From Octopus bimaculoides (lineage: Eukaryota), in NCBI RefSeq assembly GCF_001194135.2, contig NC_068988.1, positions 89,637,140 through 89,677,973 of the forward strand: a stretch of 40,834 bases of DNA, read 5' to 3'. Each line of letters begins with the position of its first letter. Positions within the stretch are counted from its first letter, which is position 1. The notes below the pieces were generated by a model, which did not search any database, had not been told where the DNA came from, and saw only the letters and a program-made list of their open reading frames with translations. Made by a program: the position numbers and the translations under genes. This document shows, one piece after another, positions 24,169 through 37,755 of the stretch.

Positions 24169-26245
24169 GGGCAAACCTTTTCACTTAGAATATTTATTTT
24201 CAGCTATGTTCAATAATAACCTCATTATGGTTAACTCTACCTAGCTAGTTTCGAAAAAGTATACTCTAATTTGTTCTCGAACAGATTTTATATTGTTCTG
24301 ATCCTTAATTACCCATAACATATAATGGCAGTTAGGTGTATTTTACTGCACTATGGTCGCTAAATGCAAAGATCTGAAATTTACTAACTAGATTTAATGC
24401 ATTCAACCTAATGTGGACTCTACCTAACACACCCCTACAGAACTACGTAGGTTGAGTAAGTGTGAGTTATGCGGCATGTTTTATGGAATCAATGCAGCAC
24501 AGTTGATTTGATGCAATATGTGATGTAATAATTCAAGTGCTCCAATGGGAATTCAGCGACTATCAACTCGATGGCCCCTGTAATTCTACCCGCTACTCTG
24601 TACTGCATTACAAAATAATCTATTTTAATTTGAGTCTCGCAAATAGAATATTCGTATATTATTTTTATTAGTATTACCAAGAACATAAATAATGTCAAAT
24701 GCAAATAAATAGTTTCTTCTCATCTGATATGTTTTATTTCTCCTCTTAATTTCTTATCTGAAAATCTCAGTTTCTTTATATGTTCGGAATAGGCATACAA
24801 CTTGAAATCAACTCATATCCCCTGATACATAATTTTTGTTTCATTTGATCGGATTTTAGTTTAGTAATATATTCTGTTAGCTTTAGATTTTAGTTTTACT
24901 GAACAATAACCATAAATTGCATTATTGCTAAGGTAGGATATTTAATCAGTTGCCTTCTTTAAAGAGACTTTTCTGTATATTTACGATACAAGGCAATAGT
25001 AAAAATTGTCTAAAGTTTGCAATGTTCAACAGAAACTTCTTCATTTTATTTAGATATTTTAAAAGATGGCCACTGACACGAATTGTGGCAAGTGTGGTAT
25101 ATAAGAATATATAAAACAACAGAGTGTTAAACACAATTAACAGGATGGTCAGACGTTCGTATTCAAAACACCGCTAGCAGCTTCATTTCATTGTGTCCTT
25201 GACTGAAGAGCTAAGAGCTTAGCGCATCCATTTGTCGGTGGAGGTACAGAACATATTCACTTGCACTAAGTAAGAATTATTCTGTTGACCAGATAATAAG
25301 TGTTTCTTTGAGTGAATTGGTGAGTCGAAATATGTGATTGGAAAACTTCTTTGGGAGAATTCTTCGAGTCACTTTCTCCTTCATTTTTATCTCTCCAAAA
25401 TTTAGCATGACGTGCCAGTTAAGAAAATCGTTTTATCAATGAAAATGTGGACTGATAATTAAGACAGTATTCTCTTGAGACTGCATTGATATCTCAAATG
25501 TATTTGGAGCATACGCAAATTACGCCAAAACAAACTACGTAAAATATTGAGTTAAAGTTCGCTTTGTAGAAGAATAATCGTGATTGATATATGGTTAACT
25601 TCAATGTCAATATGTAAAATAAAGTGGAAGATTTAAGAAAGTGGATTGATATAAAGATATATACAATGTAAATATATACAATGATCTGGTAGTAGATTTC
25701 ACACCTTATTATAGTTTACTATATCAAAAGTAACTCTGATGTATGCAGATTTGTGATGTAACATAACTAAATGATAGTTTTGTGCAATATATCAGTAGAC
25801 ATATCATCTCAAAGATATCTAGTAAGTCTTCGCTGCAGAGGGAATGTAATATATTTAATGTAATTCGGGATAATAACATGACATATTTTTAACGTTAGTC
25901 CTTGTCCAAGATAAAGGAGGAGATTAGAGGCAATCCTGTACAGTTGCTCATAATCGGAAGTTACAAAAGTTGCTCAAATTGCTCAGGCGATGAAATAAAT
26001 TATTGAACAAATATTTTATAATTCTTATTTTATTTTTATTTCTTTTCATTGCTTAATTTCCTCGATTAGGCCATGCTGGAAGGAGAACCCATGAGTTATT
26101 TTAAACTAGAACATATACTATATATTATAATAGATGAGTTTTGTACATATTTTTAAACTGGAACATATAGTATATTGATTTTAACATATGAGAGCGTCTC
26201 ATAAAGCGAGATTTATATATCTTAATTTGCAGGGGAATTTGTAGT

Positions 26246-26320
26246 GAGTGTTTAGCTTAATCGGTCAAAGCATCGTCACATGTAATGACGGGGATGTCAG
26301 TTCGAGTCCACAGCTAGCCA
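26246..26320 (+). pseudogene. tRNA-like relic (Thr-TGT-like anticodon), either a pseudogene or an isolated SINE head
   Basis: D stem gctt/aagc, anticodon stem cgtca/tgacg around a 7-nt loop catgtaa, A-box-like tagcttaatcgg and B-box-like gttcgagtcc. The T stem and acceptor stem do not pair. Confidence 0.5.
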
Positions 26321-26981
26321 CCTACACTTTTCTCTGCAAAATAGGGATAGTTTATCCTGTTCAGGCTATATTATTAGCATTATTCTGCGATTGAGAATTT
26401 AAAATCACTTCTTTAACTTTTTAAAAGACATCTCAACGCTTCTAAAAGCAGACTTCGTTTGTTTGTTTACGTTTGTCGTAATTTGAATTTAGTATATATT
26501 AACATTTCTCTCACGCTTTTTCTCTCTCCCTCTTTTCTCCCACCGTGTTTTTCTCTCGCTCTTCGCCTCTCCTTTCAACTAAAGACCTGATGCATTCGGC
26601 CTTGGTGTATTATGATACTCCTCCCTTCTTTTTTCTCTACTCACATTCCTCCCCCCCCCNNNNNNNNNNNNNNNNNNNNNNNNNNNNNNNNNNNNNNNNN
26701 NNNNNNNNNNNCCCCCCCCCTCTCTCTCTCTCTCATTTTTACGCAACGTCACAATTCCAGTTACAGTAATATATGATTTTAAAATTCAAGTCTTCTATGC
26801 TCTGCAACACACTTTTTAACTATGGGATTCCGTTCTTCATGTCTTGAATATTTCCCTCTTTCTCTCCAGCTCTGACTTCCACTAACGACAGGAATGACGA
26901 CATAATGCATATCTTCCTATCCACTCTCTCAATATATCAATATCTATCAATACATCTGTCTGTCTGTCTCTTTGACTATGT

Positions 26982-27032
<51 letters not shown>

Positions 27033-29587
27033 TTGCATATGTATAGATATATGTGTATATACATCTATTTATAAATATATATATATAAATATAATATGAT
27101 ATACATATTCAGAAATAAACGCACATGCATACATACATGTATACATACGTACATTTGTATGTGTGTGTCTGTCGGTGTGTGTATGTATGCATGTACGTAT
27201 CCCGTGTCCCTGTGAATCTTAATATATTTGACATGACACTCTCCATTGAAATAATGGTGGTATGTTGTGAAATTGGTAACTTTAATAGCCAATAAAATAA
27301 TATTAGTGCGGTACTGCCGTAAATTCCTGAATTGCATTGATTGTCTAAAAGATAAAACACTGAACCTGGTGCCTTAGTGAAGCTGCAAATACATGATTGA
27401 AACTGTTTAAAGTATTTGTAAGCGTATACGGTGTGTTGTGTATATGTGTGTATCTTTATCTGCTTGCGTGGATGAATGCGATGCGAATGGCAAACGAGGG
27501 GAAATTCTTTCATATGGAAAAGAGAGGGAAAGAACATAAGCAGATATTGAAACAAAAATCAGATAACAATGAACCCATATCAAAAACTCATCTATTATAA
27601 AGTGAATTTCATGGTAAAAATCTGCCAATAGATACTTGCACACTCGACCCTTTACTGTATGCAGCTCTATTCCATTCTTTTTTTATTACATTAATATGCT
27701 TCATTAATTATCCCCTATTTTTCCATAAATTTTAAAATACTTTTTTTATTTTTTATTTGTTTGTTCCTACTTTGTTTCTCGTTTACTGAGCTGGGATTTT
27801 TTTCTATCATCCATTTTAGTTTTCCGTTCTCTTTTGTCTTCTCATTTCCTTACGTCATGTCAATTATATTCAAAATATTTTTATTCATATATCGTAGGGT
27901 CCTTTCAATTTTAATTTATTGATTGAATTTTATTTCGTACATTATAAATTATTAAAAAAATATTTTCGGATTTTTTTTTTTAGTTAATGTTTATAATTGT
28001 TTTCAGTTTAATGTTTTTCTTTTGATGTCTCCAATTTTCCTGTATGTAGCATGAATTTAGTATCAGATGCAGCAATATTATGAGCAACTATATTATCAGC
28101 CATAACCACCACCACCAAAACAGCAACAAACTTCCTTGTTTAGTGCTGCTTAGTGATATATATAATTTGTGAACACTCAGATCCACGGAAGTAGTAGAAA
28201 TAACAAATTTTGTTCTATGATTTTGAGGAATAAAGTGTATTCAGTCAATATGGATCATCCAACCCTGTACTGCCTTGAAAGCTCTGCGAGTAACTAGAAC
28301 CTGACATTTTAGAACGTGTGTTTTTACATCTCTGCAATATTCCTGATGGCCCAATTTCTTTCTGCGACTTCATGTATATAATTTCACCTGTTCAGTGTCA
28401 AATATTCCTCTTTGGTCATACTGTAGTAGGCCTTTTCTCCTGTTAGCACATTCCTCATTCAACTATTTCCCGCAATATAACGACCGTGACTTTTTTTCTT
28501 TTAACGCAAGTAGAAGCAAAATTGTCGTTCATATTTCGTACTGAATTGAGCAATCCGAAATACTTCTCGCTCCCGATTCTCACTGCAAGGAGAAATCCTG
28601 TTGATTTCTGCCCGTTTTCTTTGGAAATATGTGATATAAAGATTTTCTTCTAGTCTGTTCTTTTTGTCTTCTGTTGCTGACACCATACACATTTTTCAGG
28701 TCCGCCCTTTCGTTTTAGTTTGTTTAACTACTGTATCTTCCACTTTAATATTAACTTACATCCTGACTATATTCAGAAACGCTAATAGGCCACCGTAGAT
28801 TGTGATGTACAAAGCTCTAGATATACTCTATTGTTCTTCCGACTGGTTTTAAGCTTCTACGGAACAATGTAATCAACACGTATGAAAATAGAATGAGCAA
28901 TTAATTCAGATAAATTTTGTTTCTTGAACATTTTCATGCTTAAACAAAAAGGTTTCTAATATTACACATTTATGCATTGGAAAATCCTGGTTTAACCCGT
29001 TATATTGTTAGGATTTATTTTAAAGAACCGACGTTGTAGGCTATGTAGTACGCTGTGACTGAGAAAATGAACGGAATAGTTTGCGATTAATTATAATTAG
29101 AACAAGATTTTATCTGACTGTAAAGTTTATGTGTAGTTCCAAGACTTTGTTAATTTAGCTGCAAACTGCGGTAGTATATGTCCTGCATGATTCTTACAGA
29201 ACATATGGATCGCCCAGAAAATTATGATAAGCCACATAACATTTACGTGTACGTAATACCTGACACTATTACACAAACCAGGAAGAATTTACTGAGACCA
29301 TTATTTCTTCCGAATGTTGTAAAACATCTCACACAGTTATTGGGAAACTCAAACATGATTCAATGAGATGACATCTCTCACATTGCACAATTTCTACAAA
29401 GAGGTGAAACACTAACTTGGCACGAAAACCGGATATGTAAATATCAAAATGCCAAACATATGTGATACAGAATCACTTCCACTTTGCCAAATGATAACAG
29501 AGGAAACATTTCAAGAAAATAGAAGTACACAAGTTTCACTGCAATAATACGCATAATGTAATATCAATATTAAAAGCACGTTTAAGT

Positions 29588-29785
29588 TGGCGAGCTGGTA
29601 GAATCGTTTGCACGCTGAGAAAAATGCGTGGCGGCATTTCGTCTGTCATTTACATTCTGATTTCAAATTCCGACTCCTAATTTCGTCATTTCGATGACCA
29701 TGATATAAGTATCAGCTGAAACAGGGGACCGATTACTTAGCCCCTCCCCCTGAACTTGCTGGCCTTGTGTCAAAATTTTGAAATC
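29588..29785 (+). mobile_element. tRNA-type SINE, family C
   Basis: Head tggcgagctggtagaatcgtttgcacgc...atttcgtctgtcatttacattctgatttcaaattcc. It is the reverse-complement match of the copy at 34885-35057. Confidence 0.8.
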
Positions 29786-31017
29786 TATTTTCAAAACGCG
29801 TGGCATGATTCTCATGTAACAATGATCTGTTTACTCTGATCTATTTGAACCGCCACCCACATCTTCGGTTTTCACATCCCAATAATGTTCCCCTTTCTTC
29901 GGAAGTTATTTCTTCAATTTAAGGAGCTTCATTAAATAAATATTCAATCAAGTATTAAGTATTGCTGTTTATCAACAGTGTTATTTAAGGTCCTGGTTAA
30001 GTCACTCTACATATACACTAGTTGAAGTACAACGAGCAAATAATATCACTAGTTTTGTCGTAATTATGATGAAGATACACCATGCATGGATTACAATATG
30101 TCCAATTGGACCCTTATTCATTTCGGTGTTGATTTATTTTATTTTATATATCCATTATATATCTGGCTGCGGGATGCAATTTATTATATTGACACTAATG
30201 CTTGTATGGGTGATATATTCTGGAATACGTCTTGTCCATGCCTTCATCAAGATCATAGCAGGTTATGTTATACCATAAACGGATACGGGAATGAAAACGT
30301 ATCGTTGACGATAGACATATCCATACGTTTCGTCCAAGATATCGAAAGGTTAGCAACGTAATATCTGAGGGTACAAAATTGTGACATAAGAAATAAACGT
30401 TCTCCTGGATAATACGAAGAGAAAATGATCACAAAATATAGTTTTAATTCCATAGCAGGTTTCACTAAGTACTACGTAAATAATAAAACTAATTGCTCTA
30501 CTAGTTACAGCTTACATTCTACAGAGACACGTTAAAATTTATGGTGAAGAATATTCAATATTCGTGATATCTTGCATGACCTTCGTTAGATAGTGACTAA
30601 TATGTTTGATCCACAGTAGAAAAAAAAATAATGTTCAACGTGTAGGAAAATATCCTTGATGTCTAAATCAATAATGTATAACCATTTCAAAATATAAATT
30701 TTCTAGTTTTCAACCATTTTAGCTATTTGTATATTTACTTTGAACTTTATTGACCCTCTTATACTATACATGTTTTGGGTAATTTTTAAGATTTTTTTTT
30801 CCTTTTTCTCCATCAAAACTCACACATTGCCTTCAATAATTCAATATTTACTTAACTTTGTAATGGTTCAATAATTTACACTTTATAAGCTTTCTATAGA
30901 GTTTATGTAGCAAAAATAAAATAAATAGGCATAAACAGTATCAACAAAAACAACAAAAACAACAACAACAACAACAAAAGTACTGCTAATAGTGGCAGGA
31001 GTTACAGCAGCGGCAGC

Positions 31018-31020
<3 letters not shown>

Positions 31021-31049
<29 letters not shown>

Positions 31050-31054
31050 CATCA

Positions 31055-31133
<79 letters not shown>

Positions 31134-31207
31134 CATTATTATTATTTTTATTATTATTATTATTATTATTATTTTTATTTTTATTATTATTATTATTATT
31201 ATTATTA
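31021..31207. repeat. (ATT)n microsatellite running into a 910-nt gap
   Basis: Directly visible. Confidence 0.95.
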
Positions 31208-32274
31208 NNNNNNNNNNNNNNNNNNNNNNNNNNNNNNNNNNNNNNNNNNNNNNNNNNNNNNNNNNNNNNNNNNNNNNNNNNNNNNNNNNNNNNNNNNNNN
31301 NNNNNNNNNNNNNNNNNNNNNNNNNNNNNNNNNNNNNNNNNNNNNNNNNNNNNNNNNNNNNNNNNNNNNNNNNNNNNNNNNNNNNNNNNNNNNNNNNNNN
31401 NNNNNNNNNNNNNNNNNNNNNNNNNNNNNNNNNNNNNNNNNNNNNNNNNNNNNNNNNNNNNNNNNNNNNNNNNNNNNNNNNNNNNNNNNNNNNNNNNNNN
31501 NNNNNNNNNNNNNNNNNNNNNNNNNNNNNNNNNNNNNNNNNNNNNNNNNNNNNNNNNNNNNNNNNNNNNNNNNNNNNNNNNNNNNNNNNNNNNNNNNNNN
31601 NNNNNNNNNNNNNNNNNNNNNNNNNNNNNNNNNNNNNNNNNNNNNNNNNNNNNNNNNNNNNNNNNNNNNNNNNNNNNNNNNNNNNNNNNNNNNNNNNNNN
31701 NNNNNNNNNNNNNNNNNNNNNNNNNNNNNNNNNNNNNNNNNNNNNNNNNNNNNNNNNNNNNNNNNNNNNNNNNNNNNNNNNNNNNNNNNNNNNNNNNNNN
31801 NNNNNNNNNNNNNNNNNNNNNNNNNNNNNNNNNNNNNNNNNNNNNNNNNNNNNNNNNNNNNNNNNNNNNNNNNNNNNNNNNNNNNNNNNNNNNNNNNNNN
31901 NNNNNNNNNNNNNNNNNNNNNNNNNNNNNNNNNNNNNNNNNNNNNNNNNNNNNNNNNNNNNNNNNNNNNNNNNNNNNNNNNNNNNNNNNNNNNNNNNNNN
32001 NNNNNNNNNNNNNNNNNNNNNNNNNNNNNNNNNNNNNNNNNNNNNNNNNNNNNNNNNNNNNNNNNNNNNNNNNNNNNNNNNNNNNNNNNNNNNNNNNNNN
32101 NNNNNNNNNNNNNNNNNTATATATATATTTATACATATATATAGACATATATACATATACATATGTGTGTGTGTATATAGAAAGAGCGAGTGAAGGGACT
32201 GCGATAGACAACAGAGGGTTACGCATACATTACTTCTACTAGTAAAAATATTTTGTTTATACGGTTCATCTCAC

Positions 32275-32312
32275 CTCTTGAAATGGATTTCTTTTTCTCT
32301 GAGCCCTTCCGA
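32275..32312 (-). CDS. Candidate isolated 38-nt exon
   Basis: ctgttttttttgttcttgttctaatag|TCGGAAGG...TTTCAAGAG|gtgaga. All three frames are open, so the phase is undetermined. Confidence 0.25.
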
Positions 32313-33242
32313 CTATTAGAACAAGAACAAAAAAAACAGATTTATACATATATAGCAAACATATATAATGTTGCAAATATATATCTTCATGCTTAAACTC
32401 GTACTCGAACATTCATGGGTTTATAAGCGTTGTGTATATGGTAAGTTAATGTCATATGCAGAAAATGACGATGGTTAATAGATGTAACGTACGAATCGCT
32501 GTTCTTCATTTCTTGTAACGGTAAATATATCACCGTAATATGTAGTGTTGTCTGAGTATAGTACAATCAAGTTATATGTATCGATGTACACGTTGAAGTT
32601 TTAACCTTTTGCATCGATTCATTTCTCTTTACTTTACTATATTGTTCACATCGAACGATGAAATCAAATAAATAAAATTTAGTTTCGTACAGTCGACGAA
32701 ACACTGTTTCTACAGAGAATGTACTCTGGTCGCCTAGATAGATGTACCCACAACATCGTCAGGGGAAATTCATCGAAAAAATGAAAACAAACCACTATTG
32801 TATATATACGCTGTTAGTTACCGATTAGCTATTTATGATTAATAAAGGAAACATTTTATATGTAAAGGAAATCAAAAAGAACAAAACAAGAATTTGAAAT
32901 TATAATTTCTGAAACTATGCTGGAAACTTGTTTCATTTCTTTTATAATATGAAATATATTTCCAATATCTTATAACCAAAGAACGACGTCTATGAATACA
33001 ATTTTGACTTTGTATTAGTTGATTCAAGAATATCACGAATTGGAGGAGAAATCTATTCATATATGAAAGAGTAAAGAATATTCTATTCGTCGAGAATATT
33101 GTGGTGTTTCTTGAGTCATAAATGTTTCCTCTCGAGACACATGTCCGATTGCGTGACAGTTAGGTGAGCGTGACACTGTAGAAATTCTTTTTTTAATTAT
33201 ATTTTCAGTACGCAGACATCACATCTCCCACAAAGGTGCATA

Positions 33243-33285
<43 letters not shown>

Positions 33286-33582
33286 NNNNNNNNNNNNNNN
33301 NNNNNNNNNNNNNNNNNNNNNNNNNNNNNNNNNNNNNNNNNNNNNNNNNNNNNNNNNNNNNNNNNNNNNNNNNNNNNNNNNNNNNNNNNNNNNNNNNNNN
33401 NNNNNNNNNNNNNNNNNNNNNNNNNNNNNNNNNNNNNNNNNNNNNNNNNNNNNNNNNNNNNNNNNNNNNNNNNNNNNNNNNNNNNNNNNNNNNNNNNNNN
33501 NNNNNNNNNNNNNNNNNNNNNNNNNNNNNNNNNNNNNNNNNNNNNNNNNNNNNNNNNNNNNNNNNNNNNNNNNNNNNNNNNN

Positions 33583-33622
<40 letters not shown>

Positions 33623-34483
33623 ATACATATATACATATATATGTATGTATGTATGTATATATATATGTATATATATATGTGTGTGTGTGTGTGTATGTAT
33701 GTATATATGAGTGTGTGTGTACCTGATATCTGTGTATATATGTGCGTGTGTTAATTGTTAAACGAATAACAAAAGAAGGGGAGTTACGTAACAACTTTCA
33801 ATACTTTGCACTTGATGGTACTATAAGTACAAATACACCGAGCGTGGATTGTCAGTGCAACATCCAATGGATTCTATTTAAATTGCTCTTAGATAACTAC
33901 AGGATATCGCACGGTCACTCAGCTCCAGTTGCAAGCTCCATTATAGGAGAAAAACTGTAAGCAGACGAACGTGATAAGGTAACTCAAGTCCATTTGTCAT
34001 TCATATATTAATTAATATTACAGAGTATGTTGGATTGGTCTACAGTAGAGAACGCCAGGTTATTCACTCTTCCACTTTGTGAAGCTTACTCATATTTTGA
34101 AGTTTAATAACCGGCCTATGGTTATATTACGGCAAAGCGAAATCATTATATATAAACAAAACAAGCATTCACGATCGCGCCGCCACCACCCCACACACAT
34201 ATACATCATGCTACACACATTGGACTGCGATCGTGTTGGACGAAGCCATCTAGGACTTTTTTCGAACGAATCAACCCCAGTATTCATATGAGGCTTGTAT
34301 ACGTCACACCTGAGTTACGAATGCGTAACGAAGACAACATCGTGTGTCTAAGAGGTGGAATAGCACGACCAAACAAAGACAAAAGTTGCACACATAAAGG
34401 CGTGAAAATATATAGGTATATATTTATATATTTGTATATATCTATCGATTTATATATACACACACTCGCACGCACGCACACTT

Positions 34484-34514
<31 letters not shown>

Positions 34515-34649
34515 CATACATACATACATACATATATATATATANNNNNNNNNNCACACATAAAGGCGTGAAAATATATAGGTATATATTTATATATTTG
34601 TATATATCTATCGATTTATATATACACACACTCGCACGCACGCACACTT

Positions 34650-34681
<32 letters not shown>

Positions 34682-34884
34682 GTCGACGGGTTTGGTTGGC
34701 CTCTAGCAGACGACTGAACCTGATTCAATACGGTGAAGAACCAAGCCTCTCACAACGCAACTACGACCGGCGCCTATATATATATATATCTATATATATA
34801 CTTATATGCTGCGCGCGCGCGTGTGTGTGAACCTATCGACATTTCTAAAATAGGTTTCATGGTTGAATGTTGATAGAGGTTTAT

Positions 34885-35057
34885 AGTCAATTACGTTGAA
34901 CACCCCCTCTCGGTATTAAACTGGTATTTTTACTTTCAAGCCCGAAAAGGATGGAAATCAAAGTTGTTATCGACGGTATTTGAATGTTGAACTGAAAGAA
35001 GACGAAATGCTGCAAAGTATTTTGTCCCACATGTTAACGATTCTGCCAGTTATCCGC
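34885..35057 (-). mobile_element. tRNA-type SINE, family C
   Basis: The reverse complement gcggataactggcagaatcgttaacatgtgggacaaaatactttgcagcatttcgtcttctttcagttcaacattcaaatacc matches the head at 29588. Confidence 0.8.
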
Positions 35058-35274
35058 TTTTATACATACACATATACTATGCTTGTTCATGCAAGAGTAC
35101 TTACGCGTATATATATACGTGCACACATGCATATACGTATATGAATATACATGCTAGTTAGGATCTTACAACATTAGATGATCCATCGCTGACACGTAGT
35201 TTACTTTCATTTGACAAGCCTGCAGCACGTATTTAAACCTCGTCATATTTGTAGTCACATCAAACCAATTGTTT

Positions 35275-35655
35275 CCTATCGAGATAAACAGCACATGACC
35301 TTGCATGTGGGTCCATCTCACACAAAAGGACCCTGAATAAGGGTTGTTTAATGATGTTTATTGAAACACCCATGTTTCCACAGGTGAATTATTCAAAGTC
35401 TAAAATATTGCTAAGAACACATGGCTATGATGCTCCCCCACTACCTCTGCTCTTGATCAGAGATGCACATATCGTCAGCCACCAGGAGACATGTCCAACT
35501 GGTTAAAGGCAATCAACTGACAAGCACATCTGTGGTATTGAGCAGAATATTTGCTGTAGCGTATCTTCTTTACCGAGACAAAACATATGCATGATAACGG
35601 TTCCAGTCAGATAAGACCAGAAGCCATGAGTGCCAATGCCCAGTACTGCATCTAA
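35275..35655 (-). mobile_element. Interspersed repeat family B, partial copy
   Basis: Same diagnostic blocks as the other two copies (catggctatgatgctcccccactac, gatgcacatatcgtcagccac, ctgtggtattgagcagaatatttgctgtag). Confidence 0.85.
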
Positions 35656-35661
35656 ATAACC

Positions 35662-36612
35662 TTAGATGCCTAGAACCTTCTTAAGTATCATAGCTGTCCC
35701 TGATAATACATTTTTCTGGAGTTGCATTAAACGAGATTTTCTGCCCATTTCCTCTATCAATCTTTAAAACTTTAGGAATATTTCCTAACGCTCCTATAAT
35801 TCTAGGGAAACATTGTACCAGCACTTTCCAAGGTGTCTGTAATTCAACGGTTAGATCCTCGTAATTTTCTATTATCTTTATACTTCTCATATTGACGTTC
35901 TCTTCATTTGGGAATGTAAAGACAATTACCTTGCACTTGCCTTTCCCTTTGTCTACTACTACTATGTCAGGCGTTCAGCTGTTATTACTCCGTCAGTCTG
36001 ACTACTAAATTCCCACAACATCTTACAGGTCTCAATTTCTAGCTTCTTACAAGGTTCATCATCATACCGTTTATCACAACTTGCGATGGATTATTCTCCC
36101 TAAATTGTCATGTCTTTTCTTGTTTTCTCTCTCTGCCAACATACTACATTCACGAACTACATGAGCAATACTTTCTTCCATTGGTTTACATAACTTATAT
36201 TAGGAATGAGTCTGATTTTGGCTCGTTGGTGTTTCTACCCTCTTCTGCCACACTATCAGCTCTTGAAATTCACTCACTATTACCTACATAAGAGGCTATA
36301 TCTACTGAAGCTAACTCCACACAGTCGTCTACTGATATTAAATCTCTACTGCCTACCTGTCTAGGTAGTTCCCATCGAGCAATTCCCGCACTTGGATGAA
36401 GTCTTCCATTCATATTAACTTCCTACATAGTTCTTCTGCCTAGATTTGCAATTCAGATTATGTCCAATATAGAAAAGTTGCTGGATATGTAAGTAACGAC
36501 TCTGCCTGGCTATTTACACCCTTCATTAGATTCGAACCGTTTAGCTTTGACTTCATTAACTTCCTCACGTTTCTAATGTACTCGTTCTCTAGTTTCTCTT
36601 TCATTTGTGTTG
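35662..36612 (-). mobile_element. Decayed Dong/R4-type LINE: RT C-terminal region, CCHC finger and RLE, with an internal deletion
   Basis: TQMKEKLENEYIRNVRKLMKSKLNGSNLMKGVNS...LHPSAGIARWELPRQVGSRDLISVDDCVE...KLCKPMEESIAHVVRECSMLAERENKKRHDNLGRIIH...PDIVVVDKGKGKCKVI...IIGALGNIPK...SGTAMILKKVLGI* (stop 35664-35662). Confidence 0.9.
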
Positions 36613-36925
36613 TATATATAATTACCAACTATGTTATGCCTGTGGATATATTCCCTCTTGTCCAGAGCTGGGCAGCCACAGACTATATGATTTATTGTTT
36701 CTTCTGAATCACGATATTTGCTGCAAGTTACCTGTCGTATGTTTCTTCAGTATATATTTTTGGCTATCACTATAGAAAAAGCTTTGATCTTGTGCCACAG
36801 TTAAAACAAATTTACCCTCTCTCTGTTTTGAGTCTAGAACTTTCCGAACAGTGCTGAGATTTTACTTTGTCTGTTTCTTTTCTGTGTAGCATATCCCATT
36901 ATTTGCCATCAGAAGGATTCTTAAA
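36613..36925 (-). mobile_element. Second Dong/R4-type LINE fragment (QDQ motif plus CCHC finger only)
   Basis: ...EGKFVLTVAQDQSF...QKYILKK...CSKYRDSEETINHIVCGCPALDKREYIHRHNIVGNYI. It ends abruptly at the start of the neighbouring fragment. Confidence 0.85.
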
Positions 36926-37724
36926 TATTGTTGTTGCTGTTGCTGATTTTGTTGTTGTTGTGATTTTGATGATGTTTATTGGCGAGCACTTGTTTTTGAC
37001 TCCTACTATTGGACATTCTCTCACAAGGCACCATCAGGAAAAATAGTGAAGTATTTTCTTATTCCATCTCCTCCTTTTCACAATCACTGTTCTGCTATGA
37101 ATTTTCTATACAATCGAAATCCTAAAGGACATTATGGACCTAAGAACATCCTTTTTCTAGTGGAAGGGCCATAACCCTCAAGTCATTTATTTCAGTTTGA
37201 TGAGGTATTTATAATTTAAACGCATCGGCCTTTTTATACCTTCAATGTTATCAAACTGCCATAAGACCAGAATAGTATTTTCACCAATAAAATATCGTAA
37301 AGTAGTACGAAAGCTTCCACGAAATTCATTGACTTCACTCGGTCATTTATACTAAAATTTTCACATTCTATGCAAGTATATATGCACACAGAGACACACA
37401 GGCATACATGCATACACCAACGGACACACATACACACACACATGTTCGCCTGTATGTTCAACTGGTATCTCACATACATACAGAGATACACACACGCTCT
37501 CACACACGTATTTGTTCTCACAAACACATAACTTCTTATGCATACACACACGCGCTCACCCCATACCAACCCAAAATGAATTTTGTTCATGGTCTATCAA
37601 ATTAAACTACGCTCTATGAAACGAGATCAAGGCTGTCTAAACGACTGAATTGTATAATTTTCTTGGGATCTTGAAATCCAGATAAACTCTCACACACGGA
37701 GAACACGCAGTTACACAAAAACAA

Positions 37725-37755
<31 letters not shown>

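Noticed and set aside
30066-30465. Overlapping 65-91 aa ORFs, one of them hydrophobic
   Set aside because: No recognisable domain, no convincing pair of splice sites, and open frames on both strands at lengths expected by chance.
30883-33794. Long ORFs of 120-447 aa in the track, and similar ones at 2283-2786, 3573-4334 and 38628-39851
   Set aside because: They consist of N-runs and microsatellites (poly-X, -N, -L, -YI, -CV) and are not coding.
34389-34680. 126-bp direct duplication (34389-34514 and 34555-34680)
   Set aside because: The two copies are identical and sit either side of a 10-N gap ending in (TA)n. This is the signature of unmerged overlapping contig ends.
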